Source: Phycisphaerae bacterium
GTDB lineage: Bacteria; Planctomycetota; Phycisphaerae; UBA1845; Fen-1342
DNA length: 64,000 nt
Reading direction: 5' to 3'
Assembly (NCBI GenBank): GCA_963675745.2
Contig: CAXXWX010000002.1
Coordinates: 32,001 to 96,000 of the forward strand
Translations under genes and position numbers: made by a program
Shown: piece after piece, positions 29,501 through 39,114 of the stretch
Layout: each line of letters opens with the position of its first letter
How positions within the stretch are numbered: position 1 is the stretch's first letter
The notes under the pieces: generated by a model
Database searches by the model: none
What the model saw: the letters and a program-made list of their open reading frames with translations, nothing else
Told to the model about the DNA's origin: nothing

Positions 29501-30579
29501 TACGGGCCTCCCGGGGGACGTTGTTCCACGCGAACGCGGACCTGCGGCGGCGGGCCGGCTAGCGAAATGCCCGGCGGCAGATCGACGCGCACGTCCAGCG
29601 TCGTGTCAACGCCCGGCGAGTCAAACAGGTCACCCGTGATGACCACATGCGCCTCGATGTTCTGACCTTCGAGCTCCAGAGCGCTGCCCTCTTCGCCACG
29701 CACCTTGAGCTCCTTGATCAGCCATTCGAGCGGCTCGACTTTGACAATCTCGTACTGCCCCTCGTTGTAACGCTGCCAGATGGCCGGCGAGAAACTCATG
29801 CGCACCGGTAGATTTACCGGCACCGTCTCGATCACTCCCTGGCTACGAGCGGCGATTTGCAGCCGTACATTGACACTCTGCGGCTCGATGGCGATCACGC
29901 TGGTATCACCGAGGCGCAGCGGCATCAGCACGTCGAACGGCGCGGACAGCTCGCCGGGGTCGAGTTCGCCGAGCTGCGGGCCCACGTTAACTCGCACGGC
30001 GCGCGGTTCGACGCCGCTCGAAACAAACGCTTCCCAATTCGAGAGCGTCAGGGTTACCTCGACTTCGGGCGGATCGATGCGCGCGTCGGCAATCGTGACC
30101 TGGTCCGCCACGACCAGCACCGGCAAACGCTGCTTCACAATGCGGTCGACCCGGAAACGTATGCGGTCGGGGCGCACATCGCCGGTCACATCCAGCCCCT
30201 GCTCACTGACAAAAGCGAGTTGTCGCACCAGGTCCGCGGCATCAACGGTGTAGTCACCGGGAGAAGCCCACGCATGCGCGAGTTGCCAATCCACCGGCAC
30301 AACGGGCTGCCCGGGACTGGCCCGCAAGCGATCCAGCTTGCGGTTCGCTCCGCGCAACGTCACTTTGAAGCGCGCTGGTTGTGGCTCGACTATCTCGACA
30401 ACATGATTGAGTGGCGGTCGCGGCTGCAACTCGATCTGCACATCGGTTTCCACGAGACTGGCCTGGTCCGCGAGAAACCAGATAATGCCGGTCAGGGGAA
30501 CAACCAGTAGGAATCGACGCACCAGATACCACGCGTTTGACTGGATGCTCTTCGTGTGACGGCCGCTGCCGCGCGGCAA
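29500..30579 (-). CDS. CdaR/YbbR-like membrane-anchored protein, probably the C-terminal part of a CdaA fusion
   Basis: TM LLVVPLTGIIWFLA, then beta-rich repeats (VTLRG, P..V.V); follows cdaA; no convincing RBS or start codon of its own. Confidence 0.7.
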   Translation of the reverse strand: MPRGSGRHTKSIQSNAWYLVRRFLLVVPLTGIIWFLADQASLVETDVQIELQPRPPLNHVVEIVEPQPARFKVTLRGANRKLDRLRASPGQPVVPVDWQLAHAWASPGDYTVDAADLVRQLAFVSEQGLDVTGDVRPDRIRFRVDRIVKQRLPVLVVADQVTIADARIDPPEVEVTLTLSNWEAFVSSGVEPRAVRVNVGPQLGELDPGELSAPFDVLMPLRLGDTSVIAIEPQSVNVRLQIAARSQGVIETVPVNLPVRMSFSPAIWQRYNEGQYEIVKVEPLEWLIKELKVRGEEGSALELEGQNIEAHVVITGDLFDSPGVDTTLDVRVDLPPGISLAGPPPQVRVRVEQRPPGGP

Positions 30580-31375
30580 ACTGCGGCCCGGTCAACCTGG
30601 ACTCCAGCTCATGCTCGAGTTCGTCAAGCGACAGGTAACGGGTCAGGCGGCCGTTGTCGGCCAGCGAGATCGTGCCGGTCTCTTCCGACACAACCAGCAC
30701 CAGGGCGTCCGACTCGTAGCTCATGCCGACCGCGGCCAGATGTCGGCTACCCAGCGACGCATCGTGCTCGTCGCTCTCGACCGTGGGCAACTGGCAATTG
30801 GCGGCGAGAATCCGGTTTTCCCGCACGATTGTGCCGAGGTCGTGGAGTGGTGTGTTCGGGAAGAAAATCGTGGTCAACAGGTTCGCCGACAGCTCTGAGT
30901 TGATAAGCGTGCCGTTTTCGGCCCAACCCCGCAGGTCCACGCCGCGCTCGATGACAATCAGCGCCCCGTGTTTGTTGCGTGAGAGTGATCCGGCGGCGGC
31001 GACAAGCGCTTTGATCAGGCGTGCCTTGGGGCTGTGGCGCCGCGCAAAACGCACGTCACCAACACGGATAAACGCCCGGCGCAGCTCCGGCTGAAACGCG
31101 ATCAGCGCCGTGATTCCGATGCCGGCGACGAAGAAATTGTAGAGTATGCGCAGCCGCGTCCAGTCGATTTGCAGCGTCAGTATGCGCACTGCCAGCGTAA
31201 CGACCAGCAGTACCAGCAGCAGGCGCCGCAGCGGGCGTGTGCCGCGCGTTCCTTCGAGTTTCGCCGCGAACCACCAGATGATGAGACCGATCAGCAGGAC
31301 TTCGACGAGGACCCGCAGCGGCTCGTCCCTGACACTGCTGAGCTGGTGGAAGATGCTTTCGAACATCCCTAACAT
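30578..31375 (-). CDS. cdaA: diadenylate cyclase CdaA (DisA_N domain with 3 TMs); apparent +1 frameshift at ~30579 into the CdaR-like frame (unshifted ORF runs to 30254)
   Basis: 3 TMs, GTRG, FQPELRR, GALIVIER, IFFPNTPLHD, LGSRH.AA.G, VVSEETGTIS. Confidence 0.88.
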
Positions 31376-31602
31376 AGTCTCACGATGCAGGCCGCGTCCG
31401 AAAAGTCAATGGACGCGCGGATACACGGAACGCCAGACGCAGCCGCCAATGGCTATTGCGACCCGGCCAAGGCTAAGTTCCGTTTAATCGCGTACGCCGC
31501 GGGCCGAACCACTCGCCCACACTGTGGTACAGTATAGGTTGACATGGTCCCCGGCTCCATTGACCGGGGCGCGACATTTGCGGACGCCACACGGGGCTGG
31601 CG

Positions 31603-32360
31603 ATGCCGGATTGGGCGCAACAGATTGGCCACAACGTCGCCGCGATCAGGCAACGCGTCGCGGAGGCTTGCGCGCGCGCCGGGCGCGCCGGCGACGAGGT
31701 GCGTCTGGTCGGCGTGACGAAGTACGTAGGGCTGGCCGCCGCGCGGGCCCTGTTCGCGGCCGGCGTGCTCGACCTGGGTGAGAGCCGTGTACAGCAGCTC
31801 ATGCCGCGCGTCAGCGCGCTCGGCCGTGCCGCCGCGGACCTTGACGCGCAGGTATCCGGAGACGCCCCGCGCTGGCACTTGATCGGACACTTGCAGCGCA
31901 ACAAGGTCAAGTACCTGCTTCCGCAAGTGCGCATCGTACACTCCATCGATTCCACCGGCTCGCTGCGCAAATCGAGCAGGTTGCGGCCCGTTGCGACATC
32001 TCGGTGGAGGTCCTGGTCGAGGTGAACGTCTCTGGTGAAGAGAACAAACACGGAGCCGCGCCTGAGGAACTCCCCGCGCTGCTGGACGCGCTGGCGGCCA
32101 TGCCGCACATCGTGGCGCGCGGCTTGATGACCATGGCGCCGCTGACGAGTGATCCTGAAGATGCGCGGCCGCACTTCGCGCGACTGCGCGAGCTGCTCGC
32201 GGCCGAACGGCGGCGGGGTAGTGTTGGTCCACGCTGCCGGCACCTCTCGATGGGCATGAGCGGCGATTATGCGGTGGCCGTCGAGGAGGGCGCAACGCTG
32301 ATCCGTGTCGGATCGGCGCTGTTTGAGGGCTTGCCCGAAGCCGCCAGACTCGCCGACTAG
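31603..32360 (+). CDS. yggS: PLP homeostasis protein YggS/PROSC, -1 frameshift at ~31955
   Basis: LVGVTKY, LGESRVQ, WHLIGHLQRNKVK, HSIDS / VLVEVNVSGEENKHG, GLMTM, LSMGMSGDY..A..EGAT.IRVGSALF. Confidence 0.93.
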
Positions 32361-32505
32361 AGCGGTTTCAGTAATGACGCGGTGGCTTACACTATCGGGG
32401 TGGGGCGGGCGTCTCGCCCGACTTCGACGAAAGCAGTGGCATAGGCGGGCGAGACGCCCGCCCCACCCGCGCATGGGCAACGGACTGTTGTTGAAACCGC
32501 GCTAG
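32357..32505. mobile_element. 149-bp CTAG-bounded MITE-like element containing a perfect 23-bp REP-like inverted pair
   Basis: Outer IR ctagagcggtttca / tgaaaccgcgctag; inner gggtggggcgggcgtctcgcccg (32398-32420) and its exact reverse complement (32446-32468). Confidence 0.7.
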
Positions 32506-32514
32506 AGTGCCGCG

Positions 32515-32781
32515 ATGTGGAAGGTCGATCTCTTCTATATCTACCGCGACAGCTTGACGGTATTCGTGTCACTATACTACGCCCTCACGATCACGGCCGG
32601 TGCGTGGCAAGTCGCCAGGGTTTTGCGCGGTAACGACGCCCGCCGGCGGATGCTGCGGATGTATCTGTCGTACCAGTTCCTGACGATCCGAGTGCGCCCG
32701 CTGGCCGGTGAGTTGTTGCAGATACTGGCCTGGCTGCTCATACTGATCGGAGTCTGGCGACTCCATTTCCCAGGCAAGTGA
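32515..32781 (+). CDS. small two-TM membrane protein
   Basis: 88-aa ORF with two hydrophobic segments, overlapping the next ORF. Confidence 0.65.
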   Translation: MWKVDLFYIYRDSLTVFVSLYYALTITAGAWQVARVLRGNDARRRMLRMYLSYQFLTIRVRPLAGELLQILAWLLILIGVWRLHFPGK

Positions 32782-33353
32782 GCCACGGCCATGGCCGATT
32801 CGCAATCAACTCCTCCCGACCCGATCGACCCGTCGGCACGCCCGGCGGAGCCAAGCGGCCGGATGCGCCGGCCGGCAAAGGCACCGATCGGGGTGGAGCA
32901 GCCCGCTCTCTGCTGGGCGGCGCGATGCGTTACTTGCAGGACATGACGCGCGATGTGGTCTCGGTCGCGCTGGGCCGGACGAGCGCTGACCCCGGCGAAA
33001 CGGCCGAAGCCGGCGAAGGTGACACGACCAGTTCGCGACCACTCGAGCGGACGGATGCCGGGGCGGCACGGCTCAACCTGTTGCACGGGGTGGCGGAGAA
33101 GGTCCGGGGCGCGGCGGACACCTACATCGCGGCCAAGCTCGACGAAATCGAAGCGCGGGTCGACACCAAGCTCGACCACATCGAGCAGCGCATCGATGAA
33201 AAGATCATTGAACTACACGATCAGCTCAGGGAGATGCGCGATCGCGAGCTGCGCCACCGCCTGAGGCTCCTCAAGCTCACGCTGATCTTCACGGTGCTTG
33301 TCGCTCTTCTGTCACTTGTGTATAAATGGGCCAGCGATATGTGGACCAGCTAA
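32778..33353 (+). CDS. hypothetical protein with a coiled coil and C-terminal TM anchor
   Basis: KLDEIEARVDTKLDHIEQRIDEK coil; TM LTLIFTVLVALLSLVY; the true start may be ATG 32791 with a frameshift near 32852. Confidence 0.7.
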   Translation: MSHGHGRFAINSSRPDRPVGTPGGAKRPDAPAGKGTDRGGAARSLLGGAMRYLQDMTRDVVSVALGRTSADPGETAEAGEGDTTSSRPLERTDAGAARLNLLHGVAEKVRGAADTYIAAKLDEIEARVDTKLDHIEQRIDEKIIELHDQLREMRDRELRHRLRLLKLTLIFTVLVALLSLVYKWASDMWTS

Positions 33354-33365
33354 GAGGCCGCCGAC

Positions 33366-33818
33366 ATGATGCAGCATCTCAACGCCGACTCCGAGGCAAT
33401 CATCAAGCTCGCCAACCAGATCGCGCGCGAGTACGAACTGGAGTATGTCGGCACGGAACACATCCTCCTGGCGATCCTGCGCCACGGCGGTGGCGTCGGG
33501 GCGGACGTGCTGAACCACTTCAAGATTGATGAGGCCCGCGCCCGCAGCACGATCGAGGAAATTGCCCGCCGGGACAAGGAAGATACGTGGGTCTTTGGCC
33601 GTTTGCCCGGCTCGCCGCACTTCCGCAACGTGATGGCCCTGGCGATCGATGAAGCCAAGCAACTCAAGGCGACGAAGCTGGCAAGCGAGCATCTTCTGCT
33701 GGCCCTGCTGCGTGAAAAGGAGAGCGCCGGCGAGCGGGCTTTGAAGAAGCTGGGCGTGACACTGAAGCTGGCTCGCGAAGAAGTGCAGCGGCAGCACAAG
33801 GCGGCCGCGTCGCCGTAG
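33366..33818 (+). CDS. stand-alone Clp N-terminal (Clp repeat) domain protein
   Basis: Two repeats, YVGTEHILLAIL and LASEHLLLALL; stops at 150 aa with no AAA domain. Confidence 0.88.
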   Translation: MMQHLNADSEAIIKLANQIAREYELEYVGTEHILLAILRHGGGVGADVLNHFKIDEARARSTIEEIARRDKEDTWVFGRLPGSPHFRNVMALAIDEAKQLKATKLASEHLLLALLREKESAGERALKKLGVTLKLAREEVQRQHKAAASP

Positions 33819-34247
33819 GCTGGCGGTCAAGCCGGCACCAACGTCCTATAACTATAAAATCAAAGGCCGGTGACGGCCTCGGGAAGGCTCCCGGCGGAGT
33901 GGTACGAACCCGGGCAGCGGAAGCCCACATTTCCTGCCGCACATCCACGATACAAGCACACCTATCCGCGCCGCACCTTCGGCGGGGGAAATCTTGACGG
34001 AATCGCGGGCTGACGGTGGCGTAACACTGAGTTTGCTGGTATGTTACGGGTCTGGTGTCAACCGATGAGAAGTGCGCGCAGCCACTGGCGGCAAGACGTC
34101 TTGTCGGCGAGTGGTAGGGAAAGTATACCCAGTTGCGTGAAGCCAGCGCGACGGGTTTGGGAACTATTGGACCACGCGATGTACGTAACGGCGGCACACT
34201 AACCATGAGCCCGACGCGATCGGCATCGCAGGTATGCGGAGATTTGT

Positions 34248-37038
34248 GTGGCCAAGGCGCTCAGAGTTCACACATTGGCCAAAGAGCTTGGCGTGGCCTC
34301 CAAGGAGATCATTGCCAAGTGCGGCGCCGAAGGGATCGAGCTGAAGAACCACATGGCTGCGGTTACGCTCGGTCTTGCGGAGTCGATCCGCGAGTGGTTT
34401 AGCGAAAGAGACGACGTCACATCTGTTGAAATTGCCCCCTCTGTCGATCTGGAAAAGGTACGCACGGTTCGCACCGCCCCGTCCACCGAGGTGGCCGTGG
34501 ATGATGCCGGTACTGACGTAGCGGTTCAGGAGCTCGAGCCAGAAGCCGGCGATACCGGTGATGACGGCACAGAGGCAGACACCCCCCTACCCCCCGGCGA
34601 CGCCGATACAACCCTCGCACCAACATTGGAAGCCCCGGTTGAGGAGCCGACCACCGAGGTCGTGGCACCCGCGCCGCCTGATGCTGCTGGCACGCTGGTC
34701 GAGGAAGAACCACCGACGGAGGATCTCGGCACGCCAGACCTGGAGATCGCGGCGCGGGAAGCGGCCGCGGATGAGGCCACCGAGGCCGCCCCAGGCAGTG
34801 ATGTGGAAACACCGGCGCCTGCGCCACCACCGGCGGAACCCGTGAAACCTGTGAAACCCGTGAAACCCGCGGGGCCTCAGGTCGTTCCCAAACCGGCGGA
34901 GCTACAGGGGCCGCGTATTGTGCGGGTCGAAGCACCAGAACGCCTGCGGACGCCGCGTCCGCGACCGGCGCGACCGGCACAACCAGCCGCCGGTCCCATG
35001 ACCGGCGCGCCGCCCACCAGCGCCCCGAGCCGCAAACACCGCGGGCGTCAGCGCGGCGCGTCTGATGACGCACCGCGTGGCGGCCGAAGCCCACGACGTC
35101 ACAGCAGCTCCGCGGAAGTCGGTGAACGTGAACGCGAATGGCGTGACCAGGATCTCGTCGAGCGGAAGGAACGCCTGGCCAGCGCCACCGGCCTCGGGTT
35201 GCGAAATCGCCGCGCTGCCGAGAAGCGACGCCAGGCGGCCACTACCACCGGCGCCGGCACCGTGGCGCGAAAGGGCGAGGTTGAGATCATCGCTCCGATC
35301 GTGCTGAAGGACTTCTGCGCGGCGATTGGCGTGCCGTTCAGCCAGGTTGTCCGATCCACGATGGAGCACACCGGCAAGTTGATGATGATTAACCAGTCGA
35401 TCGACGGTGATACGGCCGAGCTCGTCGCGCTGGATCTGGGCATCACGCTGAAGGTCGTCAAGGCCCGTAGCGAGTACGAGAAGCTGGCGGACGAATACAA
35501 GTCGCGCGAGCGAAACAACCTGACCCCGCGCCCGCCGGTGGTTGCGATGCTCGGGCATGTGGACCACGGCAAAACCTCGCTGCTCGACGCGATCCGCAAC
35601 ACGGATGTGGTCAGTGGTGAGGCCGGCGGAATCACGCAGCACATCGGGGCTTCGCGCATCTGGCGTGGTGATTCATCGGTGACATTCCTGGATACGCCTG
35701 GTCACGAGGCCTTCACACAGATGCGGGCCCGGGGCGCCAACCTTACTGACGTCGTCGTGCTCGTGGTCGCGGCCGACGACGGGCTGATGCCCCAGACACT
35801 GGAGGCCATCAATCACGCCAAGGCGGCCGGCGTACAGATCGTCGTGGCGCTGAACAAGATTGACCTGCCCGGAGTTGACCTCAACAGAATCTACGCTCAA
35901 CTGGCTGAGCACGACCTCGCACCAGCGGAGTGGGGTGGGCACACCGACGTGATCAAGACCAGCGCCACGACCGGCGAGGGTGTGGACGACTTGCTGGCTC
36001 ACCTTGGTCACGCTCAGCGAGCTAATGGAGCTCAAGGCCGATCCCACGGTTGCCGCGGCGGCATCTGTGATCGAAGCCGAGATGCGCGAAGGTCAGGGCG
36101 TGGTCGCGCGCGTGCTGGTTCAGGAAGGCACGCTGACGACCGGGCAGATTGTCGTGTGCGGCCCGGCGTCGGGTCGCGTACGGTCGCTGCTTGATCACCA
36201 TGGTAAGCGTGTAAAGTCGGCCCCCCCGGGAACCCCGGTGGCCGTTGTGGGGTTCGACGAGCTTCCAAACGCCGGCGACCGCCTGTATCAGGTCGACGAT
36301 ATCGGGCGCGCCAAGGCGGTTGCGGAGGAAGTGCGCAAACAGCGGCGCCAGGAAGGCCTGCGCGTGACCCAGCGTGCGCGCGGCATCGAGGATCTGCTGG
36401 CGAGCGCCGGTGATGCCGACATTCCCACGCTGAACGTGATCGTAAAGGCCGATGTGCAGGGTTCGATCGAGACGTTGCGGCAGCAACTCGCGAACTTCCC
36501 GGCGGACAAGGCCGAGTTGCGTGTACTGCACTCCGCAGTCGGCGCGATCACGGAGGCTGATGTAGCGCTGGCCCAGGCATCCGATGCGATCATCATCGGT
36601 TTTCATGTGGTTGCCGAAGATCGCGCGCGTCAGGCGGCCGAGTCGGTCGGAGTGGAGATTCGCCACTACCGCGTGATTTACGAGATTCTCTCCGACGTAC
36701 ACAAGGCACTGGAGGGGCTGCTCAAGCCGCTGGAGCAGGAAGAAAGCCGCGGCATGCTGGAGATCAGGCAGATTTTCCACGCCGGCCGGGTGGGCACGAT
36801 TGCGGGTTGTTACGTCACCGAGGGGACCATCAGTCGCAAGCACACCGCCCGCCTGATCCGCGACGGCCGCATCGTGCTGGAGGGCGCCGGGATCGCATCG
36901 CTGCGGCGCTTCAAGGATGACGTTAGAGAAGTGCGCGCCGGATTCGAGTGTGGCCTGCGGCTGGAGAACTACAACGACGTAAAGCCGGGCGACAAGGTCG
37001 AGGCCTACGAGGTTGTCGAGGTGCGCCAGCAGTTGTGA
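34248..37038 (+). CDS. infB: translation initiation factor IF-2, +1 frameshift at ~36006
   Basis: [50 protein letters not shown] / [30 protein letters not shown]. Confidence 0.96.
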
Positions 37039-37062
37039 TAGACCCGCAAGGGAGTTTGGCGT

Positions 37063-37350
37063 ATGGGTATGGTGGTCGGCGTCTTGCGCGTCCGGCTGGG
37101 AATATTCGAGGCGCTCTCGCTGAAGGACAAGCGCCGCGTAACCAAAAGCCTGAAGGACCGACTGAGTCATCGGCACAACGTATCGATCGCCGAAGTTGAC
37201 GATCTGGATCACCGCCAGGCGGCGACGCTGGGGCTCGCGATGGTGGCCAATGATGGTCGCTATGTGGAAAGCGCCCTCAGCAAGATTGTGGACGAGTTTC
37301 ACGCCTACCCCCATGCATCCCTGATCGATTACGAGATCGAGATCCTGTGA
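37063..37350 (+). CDS. DUF503 (YlxP-like) protein
   Basis: SLKDKRRV.KSL, NVSIAEV..LD; conserved position between infB and rbfA. Confidence 0.9.
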   Translation: MGMVVGVLRVRLGIFEALSLKDKRRVTKSLKDRLSHRHNVSIAEVDDLDHRQAATLGLAMVANDGRYVESALSKIVDEFHAYPHASLIDYEIEIL

Positions 37351-37403
37351 CGGGGACGGCGGGCATCGCGATCAACGCCGCGTGGCAGCGGGATAGGAAC
37401 AAC

Positions 37404-37826
37404 GTGTCTCATCGAACGGAACGAGTCGGCAACGTAATTCGCGGGATCGTCGCAGACGCGATCCAGTCCCAGCTCAACGACCCGCGGATCGCGCCGCTGA
37501 CATCGATCGTCCGCGTCGAGGTCACGCCTGATTTTGCCCTGGCGCGCATTCACGTAAGCGTGATGGGCAAACCGGCGCGTCAGGAACTGTGCGTGAAGGC
37601 CCTGCGCGGCGCCGCCGGACGGCTGCGCACACTGGTCAAACGCGGCCTGACGACCCGCCAGATACCACAGCTCGAGTTTCACCTAGACGACTCCATCCAG
37701 CACGGAATTGAGACCGTGGACCAACTGGATCAGCTCATGGAAGAACAGAACCAGCGATCGACCGCGGTGGCGGGCGCTGATGACACCGACACCACGGCCG
37801 ATCCGCCGGCACGAGCGGAGGACTAG
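37404..37826 (+). CDS. rbfA: ribosome-binding factor A
   Basis: R.ERV, DPRI, V.VTPD...ARI.VS, R.IPQLEF.LD.S. Confidence 0.93.
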   Translation: MSHRTERVGNVIRGIVADAIQSQLNDPRIAPLTSIVRVEVTPDFALARIHVSVMGKPARQELCVKALRGAAGRLRTLVKRGLTTRQIPQLEFHLDDSIQHGIETVDQLDQLMEEQNQRSTAVAGADDTDTTADPPARAED

Positions 37827-37831
37827 TACCG

Positions 37832-38872
37832 ATGAGGGGTGCGACACAGTGCGCGCGACGGCTCGGCGCTTTTGTCAATAGCCTGCGATCCCAACACGGC
37901 AAGGTGAAGCGACCGGCGGTCAGCGATCCGACCACCCAGTTGCTGTTGGGGATTCTCTCGCGCGACGTGCCCGAGCGCACGGCGCGTCAGACGCTGGACG
38001 AACTGCGCGGCATGGTCGTGGACTACAACGAACTGCGCGTTATTCCGTCATACGAGTTGGCGGAGATGATCGGTGACTACCATGATGTGCGAAACAAGAG
38101 CGAGGACATTGTAAGAGCGCTCAACAGCGTCTCCGCCCGCGAACACACGGTCTCCCTCGATCGGCTGCGTGACCTGCCCAAGAAGGAGACTGTCGCACTG
38201 CTTGATGAGATTGACGGATTGGAGGCGTATACACGGGCGCGCATCCGCCTGTTGGGGCTGGAGCAGCACGCCATCCCGCTTGATGAGGCGATGTGGGCGC
38301 TGGCGCGGCAGGCGCAGATTGTGGATAAGAAGTGCCCGCTCCTCGAAGCACAGTCTTTCCTGGAACGCCAGATCGACGAGGAAGACGCGCTCGAGTTTGT
38401 CGCGCTTCTGCAGACTCAGGCGTGGGCCGAGCTCGGCGCGGGGGTGCGCGCGGGCGAGTTTGAGCGAATTCACAGCGCCCCGCCTGATCGCACGACCAGC
38501 CATATGTTGCAGGATGTCGCCCCGTCCAAAGACACTTCACTCACCGCCCCGGAGTTTGAGCCGGAGCTGATCGCAGCGGTGGCTGAGGGTGAAGAGGTGG
38601 AGGAACAGCCGGTCAAGCGCAGGCGAACGCGCAAGAAGCCGCCGGCGACAAAGAAGCCCAAGCCGCGAGCCGCAAAGGCGCGCCCCCCAGCGGTTAAGAA
38701 GAAGAAAGCCGCCAGGAAAGCCGCGGCCCCCAAGAGAAAACGCAAGGCGGCCGCAAAACCCGCGAAGGCGGCGAAGCGCAAGACGAAGAAAGCCAAAAAG
38801 CCGGCACGTAAAGTGAAACGCACGGCTGCCCGGAAGAAGAAAGCAACGGCGCGCAGAGCCAGATCGGCCTGA
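37832..38872 (+). CDS. HhH-GPD/endonuclease-III-like protein with a histone-H1-like basic tail
   Basis: DP..QLLLGILS, VDYNELRV, L..IDGL, HAIPLD; no 4Fe-4S Cys motif; C-terminal ~85 aa K/A/R/P-rich. Confidence 0.7.
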   Translation: MRGATQCARRLGAFVNSLRSQHGKVKRPAVSDPTTQLLLGILSRDVPERTARQTLDELRGMVVDYNELRVIPSYELAEMIGDYHDVRNKSEDIVRALNSVSAREHTVSLDRLRDLPKKETVALLDEIDGLEAYTRARIRLLGLEQHAIPLDEAMWALARQAQIVDKKCPLLEAQSFLERQIDEEDALEFVALLQTQAWAELGAGVRAGEFERIHSAPPDRTTSHMLQDVAPSKDTSLTAPEFEPELIAAVAEGEEVEEQPVKRRRTRKKPPATKKPKPRAAKARPPAVKKKKAARKAAAPKRKRKAAAKPAKAAKRKTKKAKKPARKVKRTAARKKKATARRARSA

Positions 38873-39114
38873 CACAAGCTCCCGAGCCGTCCGCACTTCG
38901 CCCCGGCCGACACGGCCACGTCACCGCTGCACACGCGTGGCGCGGGCGATATCCCGATTCCGGCCACCACCCGCCCTCCCCAACGGCCTGATATCAGGTC
39001 ACGCATCCATTCGCAGGACGACGTTGCGCGTCGTAAGATACCGCGAGAGCCGCCATCGGCAGCCGGCCCGCGCGATGTGGATTCGCGCGGCGCCGCGCTC
39101 GCAAGTCAGGATGG

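Noticed and set aside
30254..30577. C-terminal extension of CdaA in the unshifted frame
   Set aside because: Composition is implausible and it overlaps the better CdaR-like frame; explained by a frameshift
33880..33915. tRNA-like GTTCG on the minus strand
   Set aside because: No cloverleaf or canonical T-arm can be built
34842..34870. Tandem gtgaaacc(t/c) x3 in infB
   Set aside because: An in-frame PVK repeat in the disordered IF-2 linker
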